From an uncultured virus (IMG/VR IMGVR_UViG_3300010223_000002) (Duplodnaviria; Heunggongvirae; Uroviricota; Caudoviricetes): a stretch of DNA of 64,000 bases. Below, in pieces: positions 51,295 through 59,871 of this stretch. The DNA lies in IMG/VR virus record IMGVR_UViG_3300010223_000002. One strand, given 5' to 3'. Within the stretch, counting starts at the first letter, position 1. Each line of letters starts with the position of its first letter. A model generated the notes under the pieces. That model saw only the letters and a program-made list of their open reading frames with translations. It was not told the origin of the DNA and did no database searches. A program made the position numbers and the translations under genes.

Positions 51295-51610
51295 TTATGG
51301 CGATTTGTCTCCCGAAGTTGAAGCTTGCGCAAACACCACTATTAATAGTATGTTTGAAAGTGGTGAAGTAGGCGAATTGATAGATGCCGGAATGTCTTAT
51401 GAAGAAGTAGTTCAATCAGTTATAAATGAGTGTCAAAGACAAATTAGTGGAAGTGAATTAGTAATTGGTTCTGATGGTGAAGTGATAGTTGGTGGAAATG
51501 AATATGTAAAAAGAACTAATGTTATATTAGCAGCAGTATTTGGAACAGTGATAGGTAGCTTGTTAGGTGGAACTATTACATTTTTGTTTTTGAAAGATAG
51601 GATGGAATAA
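51287..51610 (+). CDS. C-x34-C family membrane protein, paralog 3
   Basis: C-x34-C containing SGE...LIDAGM; C-terminal TM. Confidence 0.75.
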   Translation: MLDYGDLSPEVEACANTTINSMFESGEVGELIDAGMSYEEVVQSVINECQRQISGSELVIGSDGEVIVGGNEYVKRTNVILAAVFGTVIGSLLGGTITFLFLKDRME

Positions 51611-51612
51611 TT

Positions 51613-52584
51613 ATGAATTTACCTTGGCCCAGACGAGCGGACATTCCCGCTGTTAAACCTTACAGTTTAAATNNNNNNNNNNGTTTAAATTATCCTAAAT
51701 TTTGTTGTAAGGCAGGCGATAAAGATTTTTTCGATAATAATTTGGTCAGGTGTTTATTTGGTTCTGTATGCAAGAAACAAATATCAGAACAGGATTTTCA
51801 ATGCAAGTTAGCCGAACTTTGGGGAGCGAACCCTAATATTCCAATATATTACGCAGATTGGGGTAATGGTAATGTAAGCTATATATTAGCTCCAGGTAAT
51901 TGGGATGTTAGAATTCCTTACAATTGGCCTGATATGCCAAAATACATGCGTTGCAACGAATATGATGAATGTAAAAAATATCATGGTATGCAAGCTAATA
52001 ATTGGACAGGGGTGTCTGGATTTTTAGCAGAAGCTTCTCAAACTGACAAATTGAGATTCAGAGATTCGTTAGATACAGATATTGCTTTTCCACTTGCTAG
52101 TTCTACTCCATACGTTCCATATAAAGAAAAGACTGGTTCTGGTTTTTGTAAATATATAGAGACTTCAGATGATGTAAAACCGTATTATTACATTCTTCAA
52201 CCTGGAGATACAGTTTATACAGTGTCTAGAATATTTTTACCAGGTGCAAGAAATAGGTGGGAAGAACTAAGAGAAGTAAATTATTTAGATGATTTTTCTG
52301 TTCAAGAGTTTATAGGAGCAGAAGATAATACAATTGAAGAATGTTTTTGGCGAACGTGGCAGGTTGGTCAAAAACTTAGGATTCCAGCTGGTTGGCCTGA
52401 ACCTGATTGGAATTTACTATTTCCAAATCAAAATCTTCCTATTGAGCAAATAGATACTGACAATGATGTTTATATTAAGAATACTAAGGCAGTTAGAAGT
52501 GGATTAGGTTGGGGGTTAGTGATAGGTGGAATTTTTACTGTTGCACTTATCGGTGGAGCAGTAGTTTTAATCAGACGGAGTTAA
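51613..52584 (+). CDS. LysM-domain protein with a C-terminal TM
   Basis: YILQPGDTVY.VS...WEELREVN...VGQKLRIP. The N gap has a duplicated flank and does not break the frame. Confidence 0.8.
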   Translation: MNLPWPRRADIPAVKPYSLNXXXXLNYPKFCCKAGDKDFFDNNLVRCLFGSVCKKQISEQDFQCKLAELWGANPNIPIYYADWGNGNVSYILAPGNWDVRIPYNWPDMPKYMRCNEYDECKKYHGMQANNWTGVSGFLAEASQTDKLRFRDSLDTDIAFPLASSTPYVPYKEKTGSGFCKYIETSDDVKPYYYILQPGDTVYTVSRIFLPGARNRWEELREVNYLDDFSVQEFIGAEDNTIEECFWRTWQVGQKLRIPAGWPEPDWNLLFPNQNLPIEQIDTDNDVYIKNTKAVRSGLGWGLVIGGIFTVALIGGAVVLIRRS

Positions 52585-52586
52585 AA

Positions 52587-53495
52587 ATGGAAAAGAATTT
52601 TGGCGTTCAAGGTTGTGGAGGCGGATGTGGTGGTAATGAGACATTTGGCTCTGTAATGCAAAATAAAATGATTGGCGTTGGGGACGCCGAAAGAGAAGCA
52701 TATGCATTTACATGTGCAAGTGAATATGAGCAGCAAATAATTGCCGCTGGTGGTGAAGCATTTGATGATGCTACATGGAATTCATATATGGATTTATGCC
52801 GTGGTCAATATGATGCTGGAGCAAGAAGTTCTGAAACTGGTAATACTTCTAATGATAACACTGGTAACGATGATTATTGGACTGAGTATTGTAAAACCGC
52901 TCCGCTCCAAGACATTTGTAATCCAGCTTCACCTTGTTGGATAGATGAAGCAACTTGTAAAGCCAAAGGTGGTAATTTAGTAAGTCAATTTAAGGAATAT
53001 GAAACTGGTGATTCTTGTTCTGCTGAACATACTATTAAAACAGTACAGTTAGCTACTGGAAATCCTAATGTAGATGGCAAATGGGGTCCAGAGAGTCAAA
53101 AATATCTAAATGCAAGTGGAATGGCTTATAAAGATATTGTTCCTGGCTGTACGGGAGCGGTACCTGGCACGGGTGGTGGTGGCACAACCGTACCTGGTGA
53201 TAATACTGATGTTCAAATAGACGTTACAACTGGTACAAAGCAAGGTTGGTTAGATATCCCATGGTGGGCTTGGGCTTTAATTGGTGTAGGTGCACTAGGT
53301 TTAGGTGCTGGTGGCGTATATTTAGCTACCAGAGATAAAGAAGAAAAAGAACCTGGTATGTCTGGTGCTGAGCCTATGCCTAAATTTGTAAATAAAATGG
53401 AAAGAAAATATAGAGGTAAAAAGATAGCCAATCGTATGAAGCGTGATTCTAAAGGGCGTTTCGTAGGCAAAAAAATGTCGTATAGAAAAAGGTAA
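52587..53495 (+). CDS. Cys/Gly-rich membrane protein with a peptidoglycan-binding-like motif, TM helix and basic tail
   Basis: VDGKWGPES (cf. PG_binding_1 DG.xGP.T); TM; KRDSKGRFV tail; start after GGAG. Confidence 0.7.
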   Translation: MEKNFGVQGCGGGCGGNETFGSVMQNKMIGVGDAEREAYAFTCASEYEQQIIAAGGEAFDDATWNSYMDLCRGQYDAGARSSETGNTSNDNTGNDDYWTEYCKTAPLQDICNPASPCWIDEATCKAKGGNLVSQFKEYETGDSCSAEHTIKTVQLATGNPNVDGKWGPESQKYLNASGMAYKDIVPGCTGAVPGTGGGGTTVPGDNTDVQIDVTTGTKQGWLDIPWWAWALIGVGALGLGAGGVYLATRDKEEKEPGMSGAEPMPKFVNKMERKYRGKKIANRMKRDSKGRFVGKKMSYRKR

Positions 53496-53515
53496 TTTAA
53501 CATTTGGAGTTTAAC

Positions 53516-53917
53516 ATGGAATACCAAGTTTACACAATTCAGTATGGTGATACATTATCTAATATTGCTGAAAAATTTACTGGCAACCCTTGGCGATTTA
53601 CTGAATTAGTATTAGCTAATCCACAATTACCTAGAGATAAATTCGATTACATGGGTAGGACATTTCCTACTTTGAAAGATATTAGAGTAGGGCAAAAGAT
53701 TCGCATTCCTGATAACTGGGTATCTAGAACATCTATGATGATGACTGGTGTTGGAAATACCAATCTAGGTGTTGGTGAATATGATGATATGGCTGCTGCT
53801 GCGGGTGGAATTGGCGCAGGTATGGCAATATTAGGTATAACTATGTTTGTTGTAAGTACCGCTGGGACTGTGGGCGGCATTTGGTATTTAGTGGACAAAA
53901 TTAGGGGTAAAGCATAG
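53516..53917 (+). CDS. LysM-domain protein with tandem GVG motifs and a C-terminal TM
   Basis: YTIQYGDTLSNIAEKF...ELVLANP...IRVGQKIRIP; TGVGNTNLGVGE. Confidence 0.88.
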   Translation: MEYQVYTIQYGDTLSNIAEKFTGNPWRFTELVLANPQLPRDKFDYMGRTFPTLKDIRVGQKIRIPDNWVSRTSMMMTGVGNTNLGVGEYDDMAAAAGGIGAGMAILGITMFVVSTAGTVGGIWYLVDKIRGKA

Positions 53918-53926
53918 GAGTTTGTA

Positions 53927-54445
53927 ATGTTTAATTTGCAAAGTTTTTCTTCGCAAAAAGCTCCAGTTTCAGATGGTAATACATCTTTGGCTTTAGCTAG
54001 AATTAGAAGACTTTTAACAAAATTACTTCATAGTCCAGAGACTGGAGTTTTGGAGTTAGTAAATGACGATGTTGTTGGCATGATCAAAGGAATGGTTGTT
54101 GCTATCTCATCTGATACGAATCAGGTTATTTTAGCAGACGCTGATGGAGTTAATCCAACTGGATTTGCCATTTGTTTGTCTGACTCAGTGTTGCCTAATA
54201 ATTCTGGGTATTTCAGATTTATGGGCGAAACAGATGTTTTATTTGTTCCAGGATTAGATCCTGCTCCTAATGAAGCGGATGCAGTGGTAGTGTCTGATAC
54301 TGCTGGATACTGTACTAATGATGATGGCGTGGCAGGTGTAGTGCGGAGAATAGGATTAGTTGTAGATGCTTCTGAATATGTTGCTGTAATAAATCCTTTT
54401 GCAAGAGTTATTATGGAACCCTGTTGCGCTCCCCTTGTAAGATAA
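53927..54445 (+). CDS. Capsid decoration/spike-base-like protein, paralog 1 of 3
   Basis: Shared MFNLQSFS.QK..VSDG...L.RIR.LLTKLLH.PETGV N-terminus; KGMVV...GYFRF.GE...IG beta domain; C-terminal CC. Confidence 0.65.
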   Translation: MFNLQSFSSQKAPVSDGNTSLALARIRRLLTKLLHSPETGVLELVNDDVVGMIKGMVVAISSDTNQVILADADGVNPTGFAICLSDSVLPNNSGYFRFMGETDVLFVPGLDPAPNEADAVVVSDTAGYCTNDDGVAGVVRRIGLVVDASEYVAVINPFARVIMEPCCAPLVR

Positions 54446-54458
54446 TAGGAGATAGGCA

Positions 54459-55004
54459 ATGTTTAATTTGCAATCTTTTTCTACTCAGAAATCTGGTGTT
54501 AGTGATGGTAATACAGCTAATGCCTTAAACAGAATTCGTTCTTTGTTAACTAAACTACTTCATAATCCAGAAACTGGAGTAATATATTTAACAAGTAGTG
54601 ATATTACTGATATCACTAAAGGAATGGTTGTTACGTTAAGTCCTGCACCATATTCTTGCACAAAAGCTTATGCTGAGGACACGCCAGCGCAACCGTATTT
54701 ATGTAGAGGTTTTGCCGTATGTTTGAATGATACAGTTCAACCTGGCGAAAGCGGTTACTTTAGATTCAATGGCGAAGCTGAAGTTTTATTTGAAACTGCT
54801 TTAACTTTAAATGCTGGTGACAACGTATATGTAAGTGACAGTGTTTATGGTGTATGTACAAATGAAAGTTCAGGAATAGGTAACTGGGTTAGGGTAATAG
54901 GACAAATTAAAGATAAGTCAATGTATTCGATTATATCTCCTGCGAATTTATTTGCTAGAGTGGTACTCAATAAATGCTGTGAATCTCAAATTGAGATTCT
55001 TTAA
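54459..55004 (+). CDS. Capsid decoration/spike-base-like protein, paralog 2 of 3
   Basis: Same N-terminal and beta-domain motifs as 53927. Confidence 0.65.
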   Translation: MFNLQSFSTQKSGVSDGNTANALNRIRSLLTKLLHNPETGVIYLTSSDITDITKGMVVTLSPAPYSCTKAYAEDTPAQPYLCRGFAVCLNDTVQPGESGYFRFNGEAEVLFETALTLNAGDNVYVSDSVYGVCTNESSGIGNWVRVIGQIKDKSMYSIISPANLFARVVLNKCCESQIEIL

Positions 55005-55022
55005 TTAGAAATGGAGTGAATC

Positions 55023-55544
55023 ATGTTTGATTTACAATCTTTTTCTTCGCAAAAATCAATGGTCTCTGATGGTCCAAGTTCTATTGCGCTAGCTAGAATT
55101 CGTGGACTTTTAACAAAATTGCTTCATAATCCAGAGACTGGAGTTTTATATCTTCAAAATGATGACGCAGTTGCGATTACTAAAGGAATGATTTGTTCTT
55201 TTAGTGATGATAATGCTGTTCAGCGTTCTATTAATAATAGTGATACATTGTATAATGCAGTATGTGTAGCTTTAGGCGATAGCGTAGCTGTTGGAGATTG
55301 GGGATTTTATAGGTTTAATGGAGAAGCAGAGATTTTGCTTATAGACGGTGAGGCTACTGCTCCTAGTTTGCCTATTTATGTAGCTGGAGAAGCTGGTAAG
55401 GGAACTATTACTCCTACTGCTGTATTAACAGAATGGGTCAAACAAATAGGATTTATCTTAGATGATTCGACTTATGGTGATGATTCGTTAGTTAAAATAG
55501 TCATTGAACGTTGTTGTGGAGAAGTAAACTTTAACCCTGAATGA
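55023..55544 (+). CDS. Capsid decoration/spike-base-like protein, paralog 3 of 3
   Basis: Same N-terminal and beta-domain motifs as 53927. Confidence 0.65.
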   Translation: MFDLQSFSSQKSMVSDGPSSIALARIRGLLTKLLHNPETGVLYLQNDDAVAITKGMICSFSDDNAVQRSINNSDTLYNAVCVALGDSVAVGDWGFYRFNGEAEILLIDGEATAPSLPIYVAGEAGKGTITPTAVLTEWVKQIGFILDDSTYGDDSLVKIVIERCCGEVNFNPE

Positions 55545-55582
55545 TAACTATCACATAAGTGGTAGTTAGAAAGGAACTACCA

Positions 55583-55744
55583 ATGGATAAGATTAATTTA
55601 GCTTGTGGGAATGGTTGTTGTCCAGATGCTACTTTTAGCGAAAGTAATATAAAGCTAGAAGAAAATGGACAAGTCATATATTTGAATAAAGAATCGTTAA
55701 AAAAACTGATCGATGAGTCGAAAAAAAGAGGATTTATTGAGTAA
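55583..55744 (+). CDS. Small Cys-rich protein
   Basis: AAGGA SD; LACGNGCCP. Confidence 0.6.
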   Translation: MDKINLACGNGCCPDATFSESNIKLEENGQVIYLNKESLKKLIDESKKRGFIE

Positions 55745-56118
55745 TGTGGCTGCTTTATTTATTAGCGGCAGCAGGTTTAAGCGTGGTTTTGGTAATGTCC
55801 AAAATCGCAAAGCCTATACGTGATTTTTTCCCTCCCCCTATAGGACAAAAAGGTCTTCCCACACATAATTTGTTTGATACCGGTCCAGAAGCCCAAAATA
55901 GACCTGCAATACTTTTAGGTTGCTGTCTATGTACGGGTTTTTGGACTGGTTTGTTTATGGGTGTGCTTTTCTTTTTAAGATCGGCTCGTCCGCTTACACT
56001 ATCAGAATGGCAAGCTTATTCCATAGTTATGCTTCCTGATTGTGTAGCTTTTGGATTTGCTAGTGCTGTTGTTAGTTACTGTATTTTTGCATATCTTTTT
56101 CATGTCAAAGTACCTTAA
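55744..56118 (+). CDS. DUF1360-like membrane protein with CxxC
   Basis: Three hydrophobic segments; LLGCCLCTGFW. Confidence 0.65.
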   Translation: MWLLYLLAAAGLSVVLVMSKIAKPIRDFFPPPIGQKGLPTHNLFDTGPEAQNRPAILLGCCLCTGFWTGLFMGVLFFLRSARPLTLSEWQAYSIVMLPDCVAFGFASAVVSYCIFAYLFHVKVP

Positions 56119-56176
56119 ACAGCAGTTAACTACATAAACATGGCAGTTAACAAGATGGTTTGATCGGAGATTTGAA

Positions 56177-56323
56177 ATGGCAACTTTTAGTGCAACAGAA
56201 ATAGCTGATATGTTAGTTTATGGAAATGAAAATGTTGCTATTAAAGCACAATTGGATAAACCTAGAGGTAGTAGAAAAAATCCTGTATTAACGTTAGCCA
56301 GAAAAAAAAACATTTTGTTATAA
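56177..56323 (+). CDS. Small hypothetical protein (48 aa, missing from the ORF track)
   Basis: GGAGATTTGAA-ATG start context identical to 58890; MATFSATEIADMLVYG... Confidence 0.5.
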   Translation: MATFSATEIADMLVYGNENVAIKAQLDKPRGSRKNPVLTLARKKNILL

Positions 56324-56359
56324 GTCTTTGGCTGGTAATTCTAATATGAAAAAAGTAAA

Positions 56360-56764
56360 ATGAACAATAAAAAAGATAAAGAAGACGTCGTGCGTCATCC
56401 TTGGGGCCTGAGCCGCTCATGGAGCGTCAAGGGCTACACACCCCAACGCTGGCTTTCGGGCGCTCCTAGACGGCGCCAGTGGCCAGCAGGGGCAGGCTCT
56501 GAGCGTCCCTTTATCCTGCCAATTCCTGGTGCTGTCGTTACCAGTCAATCGGGTTCTATTACTCAAAATCAGTTGATTAATGCAGCTGCGACTTCTTCTA
56601 CAGTAAAAAATGATGATGAACCTATTGATAAGCTACGCATTATTCATGTTAGCGCATTTGTGTTATTAGCTATCTCGTCTATTGGTTCTATGATTCTAAG
56701 CTATAAGATGTATTCTGATAAACGTAAGCAAGATTCTGGTGTTTGGGAATCAATTTCTGATTAG
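56360..56764 (+). CDS. C-terminally anchored membrane protein
   Basis: C-terminal TM; locally GC-rich 5' portion. Confidence 0.65.
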   Translation: MNNKKDKEDVVRHPWGLSRSWSVKGYTPQRWLSGAPRRRQWPAGAGSERPFILPIPGAVVTSQSGSITQNQLINAAATSSTVKNDDEPIDKLRIIHVSAFVLLAISSIGSMILSYKMYSDKRKQDSGVWESISD

Positions 56765-56773
56765 GAATTTAAA

Positions 56774-57358
56774 ATGAAAACTGTAATTGAAATTGATCAA
56801 GATATCATTCCGACTTTATTTGATTGGCACGGTGGACAATGGGATCCTGTTTATGCTGTAGCCAGTAGTTTGTATGCTGGTCATGAAAAAAATATAGATA
56901 GAGATACATTAAGTGGAGCTATTCATAATTTAGAGCGAGATTATGAGAAAGCTACCTGGGCATCTAGAGCAGACAAGAAAAAACTTCGATACGCTATTGA
57001 CGTATTAAAAGTATGGTATGATTCTTTACCAGAACAAGAATATGAAATGCCAGAAGTAGAAGAATTAAATGTTTGGGAACCACCACGTGGACCTGAACCT
57101 GTTAGTTCTGATGAAGCATTAAAACATGGAGTTTATGATGTTGAGATAGAAAGATATTTTGATCCAAAAGAAGTTCGAGGTATGAGAGATAAAGAAGTCA
57201 AAGATTGGAAAAAATCTTCTAAGAGAAAAGATGTTCCATCCTGGTATACTAAATGGACTAAGACAGTTGCATCTGAGTTAAGAAAAGGTAAATGGCAGTT
57301 CGTTCATGGTGTTGGAATTGTAGCTGATTCTATGCCTGAGTCGGATAAGTTCAGATGA
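56774..57358 (+). CDS. Hypothetical protein with a DWHGGQ motif
   Basis: DWHGGQWDPVYAVASS; EP and GVG motifs. Confidence 0.7.
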   Translation: MKTVIEIDQDIIPTLFDWHGGQWDPVYAVASSLYAGHEKNIDRDTLSGAIHNLERDYEKATWASRADKKKLRYAIDVLKVWYDSLPEQEYEMPEVEELNVWEPPRGPEPVSSDEALKHGVYDVEIERYFDPKEVRGMRDKEVKDWKKSSKRKDVPSWYTKWTKTVASELRKGKWQFVHGVGIVADSMPESDKFR

Positions 57359-57600
57359 TTGGTATGGTAAATAGTGATGATTACGAGACGTTTAAACGTC
57401 TTATAATTAAATATGACGTACCTAATATTTTACGTATTTTAGCAGCATTTGAATTGCAACGTCGTGGAGAGGCACTTAGTTTAGCTAAACACGGTAATAC
57501 TGATGATCCTGAATCTTGGACTAATTCAGCTAAGTTGCATGGTGATTCTGCGGTTATGTTAGAAGTATGCGCTGATGAAATAGATTCGGTTTTCGAATAG
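57355..57600 (+). CDS. Hypothetical protein
   Basis: ATGA overlap. Confidence 0.55.
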   Translation: MIGMVNSDDYETFKRLIIKYDVPNILRILAAFELQRRGEALSLAKHGNTDDPESWTNSAKLHGDSAVMLEVCADEIDSVFE

Positions 57601-57608
57601 GAATTTAA

Positions 57609-58874
57609 ATGACTAGACCAATGCTAACTGGTACAACTCAGTTTGAAATTCAAAATCAATTACGTAGACTTTACAATTTAATTAAGAAAGTTTCGCATAT
57701 CCCCAGCCTACGGCTGGATGATTTTAATCAAACAGAACTTCTGAACTATCTACAACCTCTGCAAGAGCAGGCTAAAAAAGTTAGTTTTGGTGTTGGTAGA
57801 TTAGATCATGGAGAAGCTTTCGCCGATTCCCCATTTGATGGTGGAGTATATAGTCCAACACAAAACAGAATATATTTAGTACCATATGGACAAGCTGATG
57901 AGCTTAATTGGTATTATATTGATTGTAATAATAGTGAAATTGTGTCTTATGCACATGGTGTTACAGCAGTTAATTTTGCATATATAGGTGGAGTATACAG
58001 TCCAACACAAAATAGAATTTATTTTGTTCCTAGTCGTCAAGGACCAGAAGCTAATTGGCACTATATTGATTGTAATACTGGAGAAGTGGTTGAATATGCT
58101 AATGGATTAGGGGTTTCGCTTGTTAGCGATGCATATATTGGAGGTATATATAGTCCAACACAAAATCGAATTTATTTTTTACCGTTTGGACAATCTAATC
58201 AATCAGAATGGCATTATGTAGATTGTGATACTGGTAATATTGTAGCTTACAATCATGGTACTACAATTAGTGTTAATAATGCATTTAATGGAGGCTGTTA
58301 TAGCCCAACACAAAATAGAATATATTTTGCTCCATATTATACTTCTGACGAATTAGAATGGTATTACATAGATTGTGATACTGGTAATATTGTATCATAC
58401 TCGCATGGGGCTAGTGTAGTTGATCGGGCATATGCTGGTGGAGTCTATAGTCCAATACAAAATCGTATATATTTGGTACCAGCAGATCAAGCACCAGAGA
58501 ACAATTGGCATTACATTGATTGTCATACTGGTGAAGTTGTAGAGTACGTAAATGGTGTTACGGCAGTTAATATTGCATATTCTCAAGGTTGTTATTCTCC
58601 AATACAAAATAAAATATATATGGCTCCAAACTTTCAAGCAGAGCAGGATACATGGCATTATATAGACTGTAATAATGGTGAAGTTGTAGAATATAATAGT
58701 GGTTCAACAGCGGCAGATCCAGCATATAATTCTATGATATATAGTCCTACAGAAAACAAGATATATTTAATTTCATATTATCAGGCATTGTTGCCTTGGT
58801 TTACTATTCAAGAATATAGTGATATACCAGTATCACGTAATTTGATGGCAGGACCATTGTTTAATAAACTTTGA
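57609..58874 (+). CDS. Seven-repeat beta-propeller protein (candidate spike/receptor-binding protein)
   Basis: Seven ~49-aa repeats GGVYSPTQNRIY..P..Q....W.YIDC..G..V.Y; N-terminal helix shared with 60691 and 61451. Confidence 0.8.
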   Translation: MTRPMLTGTTQFEIQNQLRRLYNLIKKVSHIPSLRLDDFNQTELLNYLQPLQEQAKKVSFGVGRLDHGEAFADSPFDGGVYSPTQNRIYLVPYGQADELNWYYIDCNNSEIVSYAHGVTAVNFAYIGGVYSPTQNRIYFVPSRQGPEANWHYIDCNTGEVVEYANGLGVSLVSDAYIGGIYSPTQNRIYFLPFGQSNQSEWHYVDCDTGNIVAYNHGTTISVNNAFNGGCYSPTQNRIYFAPYYTSDELEWYYIDCDTGNIVSYSHGASVVDRAYAGGVYSPIQNRIYLVPADQAPENNWHYIDCHTGEVVEYVNGVTAVNIAYSQGCYSPIQNKIYMAPNFQAEQDTWHYIDCNNGEVVEYNSGSTAADPAYNSMIYSPTENKIYLISYYQALLPWFTIQEYSDIPVSRNLMAGPLFNKL

Positions 58875-58889
58875 TTGTGGAGATTTGAA

Positions 58890-59201
58890 ATGGAAGATCT
58901 AAATTTAGATGACAATTACTTGATAGTGTTAACGACTGGTATTGTTGCTTCAATTAGAAAAAAGTTTCCTAAGATTGATGGTTTACTTTACGTTTCTATT
59001 ACAATATTTGTAATATCATTAGCAGCATGTTTGGTTAGATATTTTGGGAAGGGGGAGGCATTTACTTGGGCAGCTTTAGCCGTTGTTGTGATGAGAGCAA
59101 TTTGGATATCTATCTTATCACTTGCAGGGGTTAATGCATTGTCTTACCTTCTGGAGAAAAATGGAACTAAAAATGTCGGAACAGACAAAAATGGAAATTG
59201 A
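58890..59201 (+). CDS. Holin-like small membrane protein
   Basis: ~103 aa with 3 hydrophobic segments. Confidence 0.5.
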   Translation: MEDLNLDDNYLIVLTTGIVASIRKKFPKIDGLLYVSITIFVISLAACLVRYFGKGEAFTWAALAVVVMRAIWISILSLAGVNALSYLLEKNGTKNVGTDKNGN

Positions 59202-59772
59202 AAATCTGAAAGAAGAATTATCTTCTATAAGGGGCACATTAGATGGGCATGGTGCATCTATTTATGAGCTTCAAGAGGCTACGCGTCGTCTTGAAGGGGG
59301 ACAAGAGAGGCAAGCCGTGGCTATTCAAGAATTGTCTTCTAATTTTGGTCAGGTAATTGGTGAATTAGGTAAAATTGGAGCAGAATACAGAATTGGTAAA
59401 AAAGAAACGCTCGATGCTATTAAGGTATTATCAAATCAAGTATTCAAATTAGATGCAGATACTAAGAAATGGTCCGGCGTATGTGATGAGAAACATAAAC
59501 TAGTCGATCATAGATTAGATAGAGCAGAAAGAGCTAATATGAAAGCTTTGTCTGAAGTAGCTAATATGAGTGAACAAAGTAAAATATATTATATTCAAGG
59601 ACTGCAAGAACAATTGGAAGATTATAAGGAAAAAGAGGCAGAAGAAAAGAAAGATGAAAGAAGTGAGCGAAGTGACAGAATAAAAGTAATTATAGCTGTA
59701 ATTACTGCTTTGTTTACTGGCACTGGTGGTGCTATTTTGATTCAATGGTTGGTTGAAAAATTAGGTCAATAA
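59173..59772 (+). CDS. Coiled-coil protein with a C-terminal TM (lysis-associated?)
   Basis: Long heptad region, C-terminal TM, adjacent to the holin-like gene. Confidence 0.6.
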   Translation: MSEQTKMEIENLKEELSSIRGTLDGHGASIYELQEATRRLEGGQERQAVAIQELSSNFGQVIGELGKIGAEYRIGKKETLDAIKVLSNQVFKLDADTKKWSGVCDEKHKLVDHRLDRAERANMKALSEVANMSEQSKIYYIQGLQEQLEDYKEKEAEEKKDERSERSDRIKVIIAVITALFTGTGGAILIQWLVEKLGQ

Positions 59773-59796
59773 TTTGATTTGATTTGGAGTAAATAA

Positions 59797-59859
59797 ATGG
59801 ACTCAGATACACCAGTATCACGTAATCTAATAGCAGGTCCTTTGTTTAATAATTTCTAA
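59797..59859 (+). CDS. 20-aa mini-ORF matching the C-terminal motif of the beta-propeller protein
   Basis: Own GGAG SD; MDSDTPVSRNLIAGPLFNNF. Confidence 0.55.
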   Translation: MDSDTPVSRNLIAGPLFNNF

Positions 59860-59871
59860 TTGGAGATTAAA

